A DNA stretch of 51,106 bases, counting the filler, from Bipalium vagum (Eukaryota): NCBI GenBank assembly GCA_037834085.1. It is 2 parts of 2 records of this genome, joined end to end, with 100 filler letters (N's around TTAATTAATTAA, not from the genome) between each part and the next. Parts side by side here need not be neighbours in the genome. Positions count along the whole stretch, not along the records: positions 24,278 to 51,106 come from JBBMKC010125290.1; 1 more part is not named here. One strand, written 5' to 3'. A program made the translations under genes and the position numbers. How positions within the stretch are numbered: position 1 is the first letter of the stretch; every line of letters starts with the position of its first letter. The notes beneath the pieces are model-generated. The model made no database searches. It saw only the letters and a program-made list of their open reading frames with translations, and was not told the origin of the DNA. This document shows positions 39,005-51,106 of this stretch, piece after piece.

Positions 39005-40266
39005 TAAAGGGGATGCGAATAGAGCCGATGCAATTTTCTAGATATAAAATCTTATAAAACAATTGCATTTATATCATTTTTTAATCAATTAATTTAGTTT
39101 GATCTATGCTTTATTCAAAAATGGAAATATTACAGAATTTCAACAGTTATCAGTGGCCTGAAGGATGGAAAAGAGAAACCATAATGTATGCAATTTTCGT
39201 CTGAATGATGAACAAAGGTATTTTAGAGAAACAGAAGCTGCCTCTGAGAACCATTCACATAATCAAAGAAAAATTATTTGATTCAGACTTTAAAGTTGAA
39301 TTAGTTGGTAACAGGAAAATATAAGATCGAGCAGAACAGCGAGTTAGAAACCCAAAATTCATTAAAAATGTGAAGCAACTCGTTGATAATGACTCATCCA
39401 TTTCATTGTGTGTGATTTCTCAACAGATAGACACCAGCGACAGCATTGTAAGACTCTGAATGGAAGAAGATATTTGCTGCAAGTCATATAAGATACGTAA
39501 GGGACAGCTTCTAACAAAAAGATGAAAATGAAATCTGTTGAAGTACAAGAAACTTTGAAAAGATTAAACATCCACTTAAGCCAAAGATGCGATTTTTTTA
39601 ATGAGAAATATTTTTCTCAGGATCAGGCAGACAACTCGCAAATTAACAGATGGTTAGCTGTCAATTATAAGTGTCCATAGTAATGAAAAGAAAATTTCCT
39701 TTAAAACCCATGGTTTTTAGTGTTGTTAATAGTGAAGGTGATATTATACTTCCACATTTCATTGAGAAGGTCTTAGTATGAATCAGGATAAGTATCAAAG
39801 TATTCTTTCCACTATCTTAAAACCTTGGATTGTAGGAGTTGCCGCTGGGGCAACTCACGTGTTTCAACGAGAATCAACTGCGGCACACACGGCCAAGCAA
39901 ACTCAAAAGTGGTTGTCAGAAAACTTTTATGATCATATCACTTCTGAATTTTGGCTTCCAAACTCTCCTGATTGTAATCCGCTTGATTAATACGTAAAGG
40001 TAGACTGTTTGCAATAACAAAGACGATTTGCGAAATAAAATATACCAAGCATTTGTCTCCTGGTGTTGTTAAAATGGCAACTTCTCGCTTCAGAGGTCGT
40101 GTAGAGGCTGTCATTGATGCTGATTGGGTGTTCATTGAATAATCACAACCTCTAATGTTTAATTACTGATGTTTTTGAAATTTCACATAAATCTTCAACA
40201 TTGTAGTTTTTAGAGATTTTTTATTTAATATATTTTTACTCTCTAATTCTACTAACACACCATGTA
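39005..40266 (+). mobile_element. Decayed maT/Bmmar1-like (DD37D) Tc1/mariner element
   Basis: VFQRESTAAHTAKQTQKWLSENFYDHITSEFWLPNSPDCNPLD has 37 residues between the second (mutated) and third catalytic positions. Degenerate termini TAAAGGGG...CACCATGTA. Confidence 0.75.
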
Positions 40267-40343
40267 AATATAATAATTATTTATTATATTTACGTTTCAT
40301 AGAATTTTTATATAATGTTATTATTAAATTTAGACGTAGTAAC

Positions 40344-40369
40344 TTGTGCTCGTGTGCTCGTGTGCTCGT
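40344..40369. repeat. (TGTGCTCG)3 tandem octamer
   Basis: TGTGCTCGTGTGCTCGTGTGCTCGTG in an AT-rich background. Confidence 0.85.
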
Positions 40370-41641
40370 GACAGAGTTCTGACAATTGAGAAATAAACAA
40401 TTTCTATTATCACTCAGTAGTTTAAATATTCTACCACAATTTTCGAAATGGCATACATAAAATATAATACAACTACTTTTATTAAAAATTCATATCTGCC
40501 TTCATTCAAACCAATAGTCAATAAAAAAATTTCTTTTCCTCAAAAAAGATAATCAAACTCAACAATTAATAAAATTAATTATTACAATTAAATGAAAGTT
40601 TTCTATTAATTTTTTATAGTTTGATTCTATTATTATGTTACTGAATAATACGTTTCTCTTGATACATAGAAGAAGTGGTTGAGCTACGTTAACATAATTT
40701 CACTTGAGATCTTTAGTAAATTGAGGTAAAATAAAAATCAAATAAACACAGAATTATGTTTGTCAGAATTGAAATATCAGATCAAAGATATTTATGATCA
40801 TCAAACCAGAGTTTAAATAAATTACCGAAACCTGTTTTCAATTCCTTTATTTAACGGATTTTACATTTTAAGTGTTTTTTTATTAGAGACTCGTTTAAGG
40901 ATGAAATCTGAGATGATGATCATTTATCCGCACCTAAGTGAATCGGTTGTAAATGTGTATGGCGATCATGTAAAGCTGGATGAAATTTAAATCAAAAACA
41001 AAGTTAAAAGTAGATTACAATTTTGATTTTTGATTTTGTTTGAATCTTTTCTTGTCGAAAGCTAAAGAAAGAATTTTTAAATATATAAATTATGTTATTC
41101 AACGAGAATTGTTGTATAAGAATTTTTTATCAAAATTTTCAAAAATATCAATATAAAAAGATAAAAAATTTTTTCATTTCCATATATGATTCAAAAACCC
41201 CATGGTTGTAAAAGTAAATTCTTGATTAAAATCAATTTTTAATTAAATAGCTTCTGTAATTATTTAATTTTATATAATTTTTATAATAATTATAATATTA
41301 TATGAAATAATTTTTTATATCTAAATTATATTGTTAAATAAATTTTTAAAGTTTCACCAAATTCTAGAACATTTCAAAACTAATGAATTTTATGTCTTTC
41401 TACTCATTTTATTAGTTTGTTGCATGAAGACAAGAAAATAAATAAAAAATTATTATATGTTATCCGAAAAGAATAAAATGTTATTTAGTTTAAATCGATT
41501 TGTGAAGTTATTATTCTTCTCTTTTTGTAATACATAATAAAAATTTTTGTAAAATCATAATCAGAAATTTGAAACTCTTTTGTTTTAATAATATTTAAAA
41601 TGACCAAATTCGTAAATTTTAGTATTTTATTAAATTCTTAA

Positions 41642-44600
41642 ATGACCGAAAAAATATCTCATTTGTTAGCAAAAGCAAAGGATTTGATAGTAAATCAAAA
41701 AATAGTTGATGCCGAAGTGATATGTGAAGTACTGTTTTTCTTTTTCTTTTTTCTTATATAGAATCTGAAATTAGGAAGTTATAAGATTGGATCCTAATAA
41801 TATTAACGGTCTTTTATTGGCCACTAAATGTTGGATGGATCTCAATGTTAAAACTTGTCAAATCAAAACATCATTAGAGAAAATCTTATCATTGAAGCCA
41901 AACAATGCAACAGCTATTCAAGTTATTCAAAAAAATTAAGGAATTTTATTAATAAACTTTAACAGGGTCTTCGAAAATTTTATGAATTTAATATGAATTT
42001 ATATTTGGATGATGCAGCAAAGTTCTTTCATAATTTATTTATTCAAAACAATTTGTAAGTTTTTCAAAATTTTATTTTCTGACATTACTTAACAGTATTT
42101 ATTTTACATTATTAATTACTGCTGTAAAAAATTTCTCATTCAATTAATATAATGATTTTAAGAACTGATAAAGATTATGAACTGATCACCAGGCATTTGG
42201 TCAAATATCCGGTTTCAAAAGAAACAGAGAAAGTGAGAGTTAATCACACAAAAATAATAACGATCTTGATTTCAGTTAATTATTGGATGTCTATTGACCC
42301 GGATTGATAGTGAAAAGGATGTCAATTGTCTAAAAGTGTTATTCGAAATCGGAGCTCGACATTTTATTGTTGAGAACGATCGATCTTGCTTGAATTCCTT
42401 TCTTGAATTGATACAGAAATTTGATTCGAATAGTCTTTCGTCTGACGCTGATGAACTAGATTATCTGAAACTAATGGAAAGATTGTTCAGGGCCTACATT
42501 GATCAAATGGAACCTGAGTTTTTCTTTAATCTTTTAAATAACAATGTCTACGGTAATGAATTTTTAAAATTATATTTATTTCAAACTATTCAATCTCCAC
42601 AAATCAATATTATAAAAAATTTTCGAATAGTGTTTTACAGTATATATTCCTTAGTATTTAAATTACAAATAACCTGGTCTATGACAAGTAATCATACTAG
42701 ACGAAAAACGAAAATAAACTATTGTGGACTTAATGTTACTTTAGTTTATTGAATTTTTGAAAAACAATTCTAAGATTAAAATTCAGGGTTGAGGAGTGTT
42801 CCCTGTTATTTCTTTTTTGTTATTTGAACAACTTCCGATACAAAATAGCTTTAATCAAAAGCACGGGTTTAAGTTTTTTTTCGGTTAAGCTATCAAAACC
42901 ATATGTATTATATCTGTTATTCTCAGAGATCATCTAAATACTTTGGATTTTCTGTACAATTATTTACTCTGATTAAGTGGTATTTTACCCTCTTTACCAT
43001 TCCTGTTATGCAGTTGAAATTTCATTCAGAAATCAAAAAGGTTAAAATATATGTGCTTAAGCCCATTTTCGATGAAATATTTTGCTGAACATCATTAATA
43101 AAAATTTGTAAATTCTTATTGATTATTTAATTATATATTATAAAACTTGACAGAAATTCAGTGAACTATTGCGAATCTTTTTTGACATTTTAGAAAAAGG
43201 CTATGATGAAAGATCAAAAAAGTCTTTGATTTTGTCTGTGAAAGGGTCGATTTTCAAATTAAACTAATAAAAGCGATAATTTTAATTGAAATCACTGTGA
43301 TTTATTGAATTAAAAATAATAATTTTTAGTTCAAATCAACTTAAAGGGAATTTTCTTATCTCAACTTTGAGTTCGGTTCGTTTTTTGGTATATTTATTTT
43401 GAATAGTTTAAATTTTCAAATGAAATAATAATGGGAATAGAAAATTGTAATTGATTATAAATATGCGAAGTCATTTTTAAATAGCTCCACAAAATACAAA
43501 CGCATCTCAGATTTTAAAATGATCATTTTCAACTTCAGCAATTGATTAATGAAAAATTGATTTTGCTAATATTGCTATTGATTATTTAAGTGAACTTGTC
43601 AAAACTATATGACTCTTGAAACTCTTTATAAAAGTTATTATTACAAACAAAAAACACTGTTGTGCTAATCGTCTCAAAAAGTCATTTGAGTATATTTGTT
43701 TATTTTAACTTAGTTTTTTCAAAAACCTAAAATATTTGTTGTCTGTAAAAATTGTAATATAAATTTTACCTTCTTAAGTGACTTGATTAAAATTTTAAAT
43801 GTTATTGATTGTTTCCGAAAAAAATTGATTATCAAACTGTAATAGGAGAGATTTGTATTTATTATTGATTAATTTTAATGATCTAATCACGTTAATGTTT
43901 AACTCAAACTTGAGCTTAAATTTTTTTATTTGGATAGACATTTATCCCTAACTAATTTTATCTATATACGTATAGTATCTCGAGATTGTGAGTAAATGCT
44001 TAATCCAGATTCCGATTTAATATCACTAAATTTCTTGATAAAGGCGAGATCTAAGTAACAGGAATTTACTGTCACATCTTTATATATATATTATTAACAT
44101 CTTTACTGTTTAAACTTTAGTGATTGTATATTGAGTTTATGAACTTTTCAAAAAACCTGAAATTAACAAAATTTGAACTGATACTTATTAGGTTATATGC
44201 TTTTTGCGGAAATGCTCAGCGAGCATTATTTGTTCAGTGATTGTCAGGACACCATTGATCGAGGTTATTATTTCTAATAAATGTTCTCAATCAATTGATT
44301 TTTGATGTGTCATTAGCATTCGATGAATTAGAAAGAAGCAATTTGTTGTTTCGAGAATCTTTTGTTTGTGCTATGAAAATATTACAAATTAAAAACTTAA
44401 TTCACTGGTATAAAGTTGATGAATTAAAAACCTTATGGGTGGAAGACGTCATTAATTTCTTACCGAAATATATTTGGTACCAAGCTTATGCAATTGGATT
44501 AGATTGCTTCTCAGTTTCGGACAGTTCGTGGTTGAAAATTAAAGATGAAGTCGAACACGATATCGAACCGTGCAAAAGTGAAATTTGTTTAGCTCTAATG

Positions 44601-47600
44601 GAAGAATTACCACAATCGACAATCAATCGCATCCACGAAGAACTAGGTCGGAGTGAATTGTCCAGCTTTGAATGGTATTTGTGGTCTAATATCATGAAGA
44701 AGAGGGGTTTCACAGATAAGCAATACGAAGCTCTCGATCGAGGAATCAAGCACAGCAGAGTTTATTTTAAAAACTACGAGTCACTTGCAGATCTTTATTT
44801 GCTGAAAAACGATTACACATCTGCGGTCAATCATCTATGGAGTGCTTTAGACAGATATTGTTGTCCGCAAATCCTTGAGACTTTGGTTGATGTTCAAATG
44901 GTGAATGAGAAATATGTAAGTAATAAAAACGAAGAGGTTTTTTCTGATTGATTTTTTGGTAATTTTCTAGGATGAACCAATCAAAATACTAGAAAAAATG
45001 GAAATAGAGTTCGTGGTATTTTTATTGATTATTTATTTTAATAATAACATTTAATGTTTAAAAAAAAAATTTGTGAAATCTCACTTAAAAATAATCATTT
45101 TAAAACTATTACTATTGCTTGTCGCAAAGTTAAAGACTTATTGATTGAATGGTTAAGTTTGTTTAAAAAAATTGAGTACAATTTAAAGATGAAAAAAATT
45201 TAATTTATTGTTTTTTTAAAATAATTTTCATTCGTTCAGATAAAAAAAGAAAAAATTGTGATCAACATATCATTGTTATAAGATATGTTTCTGCGAAAAG
45301 AATCTAAAAATATAAATTGAATTATTGATCTACTGCTTAAATATATTTAAGGAAGGTTTATTGTGGTCAGACTTTCGATTAAGTAATCAATATTATTATA
45401 ATGTCGTTTCCAAAAGGACTAGTTTTGATTTTTGTGGTAATATTTTCTTTCTCAAGTTAGTTAAAGGTAAAATAATTCACTAAAATTATGCATTTTTCCG
45501 TCTTATTGATTAACAAAAGTTAATCAAAATGGGATATTATTATGATCATTAATACTATTTTTATTATTTATATTGGTATTATTAAAAGTGATATTTTTTT
45601 ATTATTGTTATTATTATCGATTTTATCCATTTATTTTTTAAGACTGAATACAGATTCTATTGTGTCATTTTATCAAAAATATCAACATTTAGTTGACTCG
45701 ATCAAAAATTATGTTATATTTCTTATTTGATTTATTTTATTGTTCTTTTTAATTTCAATTCTTTTCTGGTTTTGTTGGATTTTGAGCTTGTACACATTAA
45801 TATCACTTAAAAATACGTGTCGTAATTTGTTCTTTCAAATTAGTTTTTAAAAATTCATCTATCGATTATTTTATTGACAGATATTGTTCGGAAAGTTTGT
45901 TGAAAAAGTTTATTTTGTGCCTTAATCATATCGACCGAATAACGGATGCTATTTCGATTGCACAACGACTGGTGAAACAGTTTAGTGATAATGGGTAAAA
46001 AAATTATACTGCTATCGGTTTTCTTCTATTGTGTTTTTTTAGAGATAATTGGCAATTGTTGGGTGATCTTTATTTGAAAAGAGGAAATTTAAATAGTGCC
46101 CATACAACTTATTCGCGGTCTCTTGCTCTGTCTGGTAGTTCCAGTGCCATCTTTTCCCGGTGAGACTGAACAGAATTGATAAGGGATTTAATGATTCAAT
46201 TAAGATTGGGAAATGTGTTCAGCTTACAGTATCAACAGTCTTTCGATGAGAACGATTATTATAAATCAATCGAACATTTCAATAAGTCTCTTGACAGTGG
46301 ACCGATCATTGAAACAATTGAAGGTTGAGAATTTTCGCGAGGTTTCTGTTTTTGAAAAATTAAATTTTCGTTTCAGGAAAGAGTTGTTTGCATTATTTGC
46401 ATGCAGAAAGATTAATTCGTCAAATGCTCTTCAGTCGAGCGGTGAGTGAAGTAGAAATGATCATAAATTTATTGATAGAGTATGCCTGTTAATTTTGTTA
46501 AGGTTCTTCATTAAAAGCATCACCATAGTCATCGCTCGATTTTTTCATACAATCAATAATATTTTCTCTTTATTCATTATTAAATTATTATCATCCTTTA
46601 TTTCGTTACTAGATCAATTGATTTCCTTCTTATATCAGATAAATATAGATCGTACTGATATGTAATAATAAAAAATGGATATTTGATTTTTGAAATATTG
46701 ATTGTATATTATAATTTATAAAGAAATAATTTCACAGAGATCGATAAAGAAATAGAGAAATCTATTAACATTAAGTTCCACTTCAAAATTTTCATTTTGT
46801 TTTTGTTTATTGATTATTTTTAATTAAAATTATTAAGAGAATATTTTCGCTTTTTATCTTCATTAAGTTGCAGAGTTTTTTTAATGAATTTTATAACTTT
46901 TTTATGAAAAAAATTATTTGATTTACGATTTTTCAACCTTTTTTATTTATTCAAGGTGAATTCATTATTTTGCAAATTTTGCAATTATAAATTCTATACA
47001 AGTTTTTGAACAGATTCTTTATTAAAATTTTAATTGTCACTTTCATATTGATTTTAAAAAATTTTCTCTGAAAATTAACTGTAGAAGAGTAAGAATTTAT
47101 TTAAATAAAATATAAAAATTATTATGCTGTTCTTTAAGTAATCTACCATTTTAATTTTATAAGAAATAACATTAATTATGCTCAACGCACTTTATTCAAC
47201 GCTCAGGAAGTAAATCTATGCCTGCTGAATACCACTCTTGGTCTTTTAAATCAAAGAACTGTTGGCATCTTGATCTTAAGTCGACATCGTTTTTAAAAGA
47301 CCTTCCTGTCAGATAATGTGTCATTGAGCGAAGGATATGGTAACTAGATGATGCTAAATCTTGACTGTATGCCGGATGAGGGATTAGTTTAAATGCAGCA
47401 AGTTCATCTATCTTTGCCATTGTTTTTTTAGCTGTATGTGGCTTTGAATGCCCATTTCTTGCATACTAAATCAATATAAAGTTTTTTTTAAGTAATCATA
47501 AACAACGGATTCAGATAAACAAGAGCTACACATTGATATTAAATGTATTATAAATATATGTATTTTCAATTTTAAGCTTTAATGTTAATCTCTTGTTACA

Positions 47601-50497
47601 AAATGGTAGATTACTTGTGGAGAAACCTGATAAGTACATAATTTTAAATAAATAAATAAAATCTGATATCTGAATCATTTTTATATCAAAGTAATATTAT
47701 TAAAAGAATTAAAGATTTCTATGGTGGTGGTTATGAAATAAGTCCAGACAAAATCAATGATTATTAATTGTATGATTTAGTTATACCAACTTATTCGTTG
47801 AGAATGACATCAAAATGAATATGTTAGGAAAAACAGTTTTTCTTGCTATTGCGGGATCCATAGACAATTTGTGAGTTATTACACTGATAGTAATCAATTT
47901 TATTCAAATGATATAATTCAGAATTGATTTCACTCGACTTTCTACTTTTATTAATTTTGGCTTACAAACTAAACTCGATCCTTACGAACTTGGCTTCAAG
48001 TATTTTATTTTATTTGTTTTTCCTCCATATTTTATCTGAATTTCAGATGCTTTCAGTTATCTGTTGACAAATTTCCAAAAAGTGCTGAATCGCACTTCAA
48101 TTATGGTCTTTTGGCTTTACACAAATTAAACAGTGAATGCTCTCGTTTTCATCGTGACAGTGTTCATTATTCGGACTTGTACAACCTAGCTGAATCACAT
48201 TTTAAAATGACTTTACAAATCAATTCCAATTACCAAGAAGCCTGGAAATACCTCGGTTATCTACTTTTTCGTCATGGTATTTCTACACCGAGAATGGTCT
48301 TTGATATTCAACACTGTTTGTGTACGGCTCTAAATTTGACAAGCACTCCAGACCGTTTGAAAGATCCAGAATCGGCTTTTCTGTTGAGCGCGTTGTATGT
48401 GAGAGAGAATTGGTGTGATTTGGCTAACGAGGTCTTAGTATATAATCAACATGGAATTTTTTCTTTAATGTTTTTTTGTAGATTTCTGAGAAATTACAAA
48501 TGGATTTTCCCATTCACCCAATCGGTTATATTAGCAGATATTTATTGGGTACGAAAGATCACATGGTAGCCGAGCAGTCTCTTATTGGCAAAGCTATTTT
48601 ATGTTATAATTATGTATCGATTTATTTGTTTCGTAATATCAAGCAACCTAAGATCTTTCTTTTAGAGAGATGAAGAATTCAATCTTAATGACATTAATTT
48701 TCGTATAAATGATTCGATAGTCGGTCTTTTTTGCGAAAATCTGGGATTTCTAATCGATTCGAAATGTGATTTGGAATCATTTGACAGTGTCGAGAGTAGC
48801 CCGGTATTGATATTGGCTTTGAAAGTCGCTCTCAATGATGCATGGCGTAAGTCAATTTTTTTAATTCACTGTTGTTTCCTCCATACATTGCGAAGCAAGC
48901 TCGGAAAGATTTGCTCTTAATCAATAATTAACTTTTTAGTAAAATACGATGCTTTGAAAATGGTCGGCGCTCGGTTGTCACCCGAAAAACACAAGCAATA
49001 CGACGAATATGGTACTTTCTTGGCCAATTTGGAACTTTTGACTGGAAATGACCAATGGGGTAAAAAATTGATTCGGAGGTAAGACAGTAAAAATCAATTA
49101 TCGATGATTTGTTCAAAAATGGATTCTGTGTTTTTGTCTTGTTAATAACCAAAATTCTTGGTGAAAATATTTCTACTGATCTCGAAATTCATAATAATCG
49201 ATTGTTATTATTAAGATTTGGATAAGGATCATTTAATCACATCAGAAACGGAAATCTTTTATTTGATAACTGAATAATTTTTTATACTTGCTTTTCAATT
49301 TTTTAATATTGAAAGTTTTTTTATTTTTGTTCGAACTTTTTTCTATCATTTTTTTTCTGATGTGTAAATATTCGACGACATTTTAACTGTTAAGCCGCTT
49401 CATTTATTTAAAGACTTAGAAAATACTTATTATTGATTTTCATTATATATCAGTTAAGATTAATCAATTTAATATATATTTTAATGTGAAACCATAAAAA
49501 GATAATAAATATATGATTCAGAATCAAGTTCGATCCAGGGGACATGCTCGGTGAAAAATTATTACTTCTGAGCAAATTGGACGAGTATATCCGTTTTATG
49601 TTTAAAAAGTTATTAAGTTATTCTCTAGATCGTGGAAGAGTAACGATAGTCAGGGAAGTATTGACAATATCAAGGCTCTAATGAAATGCATTGGTCTTTC
49701 TGTTTTTGAAAAAAATGGTGGTATATATTTGCATTGATTGGTTTATTGTTAACACTTGATTTAGATTCATCGTATTACAGTGATATTATTGACAACTCAA
49801 ACTATGATTTCACAAAAATGGTTGATGGTCTGTTACTGTCCTCTGTTATCAGTTATTTATCATCATCTACTGATGAATTATTGATCAATCTAAATTTATT
49901 AATATCGAAATTGTCTTTGATCTCGACCAATGACTCCATTCCTTTAACAACACGGATGACTATTGTCACAACAATGGGGGCTTTGGTAGTTAAAACCAAT
50001 AATCGGTCTCTCGCTATCACTTTCCTGGATGCTCTGAAAACATTTCCCCCTGATATTGAAAACAAAGACGAAAATTTGAGTCGAATTATCTGTCGACTAA
50101 AGACATTGGAAACCAGTGCTAAAGATGGGTTTGTATATTTGTACAATCAATGTTTAAAACAACCGGATGACACGAATCGTTGGTTAACCATGTTCGAATT
50201 CGGGTTGGAATTTCTGGAGGATCTAAGAGGTTTTATTGACATAGAGAAAATCTTTTTCCTGGTCAATAGACCCTGGTGTCTCTCAACTTATGATATGGAG
50301 GTATGGAGAGACTCGTAGTTTTGAGATGAATGATTTTAACGATTATTTAGAGATACTCAAAAATTCTTCAAGCCCACTCGAAAATTCTCACCGTCTCATC
50401 TGTATTGTGCCATAACAATATGATTCAAAGATCAATGAGATTGTTCCCCAATCTTTACCCAACGAATATTATCAGCAAATTTCGTCAACTTCCCTGA
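41642..50497 (+). CDS. SKIC3: Superkiller complex protein 3 (SKI3/TTC37), TPR-repeat protein, about 23 exons
   Basis: The N-terminus MTEKISHLLAKAKDLI...EVIRLDPNNINGLL...KPNNATAIQGLRKFYE resembles TTC37 (KTALKSARDAI...EKNNYNAW...AWQGLANLYE), and NWQLLGDLYLKRGNLNSAHTTYSRS resembles [25 protein letters not shown]. Hand-spliced exons: 41642-41728, 41775-41921, 41966-42054, 42163-42232, 42276-42552, 44192-44263, 44317-44915, 44971-45008, 45881-45994, 46043-46159, 46205-46323, 46377-46441, 46740-46774 (uncertain), 47781-47870, 47922-47999, 48047-48437, 48482-48613, 48666-48846, 48940-49078, 49522-49584, 49629-49720, 49765-50300, 50351-50497 (TGA). Phases are consistent throughout. Confidence 0.85.
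47122..47630 (-). mobile_element. Internally deleted mariner in a SKI3 intron
   Basis: Inverted AAGTAATCTACCATTTT / AAAATGGTAGATTACTT in TA-flanked ends. Encodes the mariner C-terminus PHPAYSQDLASSSYHILRSM...GIDLLPER. Confidence 0.85.
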
Positions 50498-51089
50498 AAA
50501 TGATTTCTGTTTCGTCTTATATTAAACCACCGAAAATGTGCCAAGGGATATTTTTTCCTATCAATTTGTCAAATTATTTTGATAAAATCTGAAGAATTGT
50601 TTGAGAATTTTTTTTGTTGAAACGAATTATTTAACGTATACGTGAAAAGTTATTTATTTAATAGTAAAAATATTTTTATGAAATCGATTTTTTTTTAATA
50701 TTTTGAATGAGAATTATTTAAATTATTGATTCAAATTTTAAATGTTTATAATTTTCGTCACAGAACCTGTTAGTTAATCAATAAATTAATATTGATTATT
50801 ATAAACTTAACAATTTAAAAAAAAGTTCTTCATTTTTTATTTTGATATTGGAATGTATTAATTTTTGATTGTTTGTAGTAACTATATCACCTAATGTTTT
50901 ATTAATACTTACATGCTCTTCAATTTTAACATTCACGCAAAAATAATTATTAATAAATTAAGTCTAAAAAATCAACGATTTACCATCAATTAAATAAATC
51001 GAAATTACAATGTTTGTGTAATCACTAAAGTTGAACGAAGCTTTAGTAAATTAGGCCAAATATTTTCAGAACAACGTAGAAGTCTTACA

Positions 51090-51106
51090 ATGGAAAATCT
51101 GGAGAT
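51090..51106 (+). CDS. Possible start of a downstream gene (MENLE...), truncated by the window end
   Basis: ATG lies 20 nt after a TTTTCAG acceptor-like site (ending 51069); only 5 codons are visible. Confidence 0.25.

Noticed and set aside
1-51106. tRNA, rRNA, snRNA, SL RNA genes or CRISPR arrays
   Set aside because: No recognisable signatures were found by eye; a covariance-model scan would be needed to exclude divergent ncRNAs.

Overview
This is very AT-rich eukaryotic (probably invertebrate animal) genomic DNA in the standard genetic code, with GT-AG introns. Three spliced genes can be reconstructed by hand. (1) A C2H2 zinc-finger/AT-hook gene (+), whose exons at 764-1051 and 19770-~20550 are phase-compatible across an 18.7-kb interval. 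(2) Nicastrin (-), six phase-0 exons from 35817 to 26115, with the C-terminal/TM exons not found. (3) SKI3/TTC37 (+, about 23 exons, 41642-50497, about 1225 aa). Most introns are 42-55 nt; the long ones and the intergenic DNA are filled with decayed transposons: several mariner DD34D copies (one nested in another), Tc1/Tc3-like, maT DD37D, rosa-like, pogo-like ends, a MITE, and piggyBac-like, Ty3/gypsy and non-LTR fragments, plus (AAT)n microsatellites. The most notable accessory element is a two-gene Polinton/Maverick (adintovirus-like) remnant including a penton-like gene inside a nicastrin intron. The N-gap at 24178-24277 is an artificial 100-bp linker (44N-TTAATTAATTAA-44N), so the two halves of the window may not be contiguous. 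I found no convincing evidence for a wholly new biological system. All family assignments are by visual motif recognition, not database searches.
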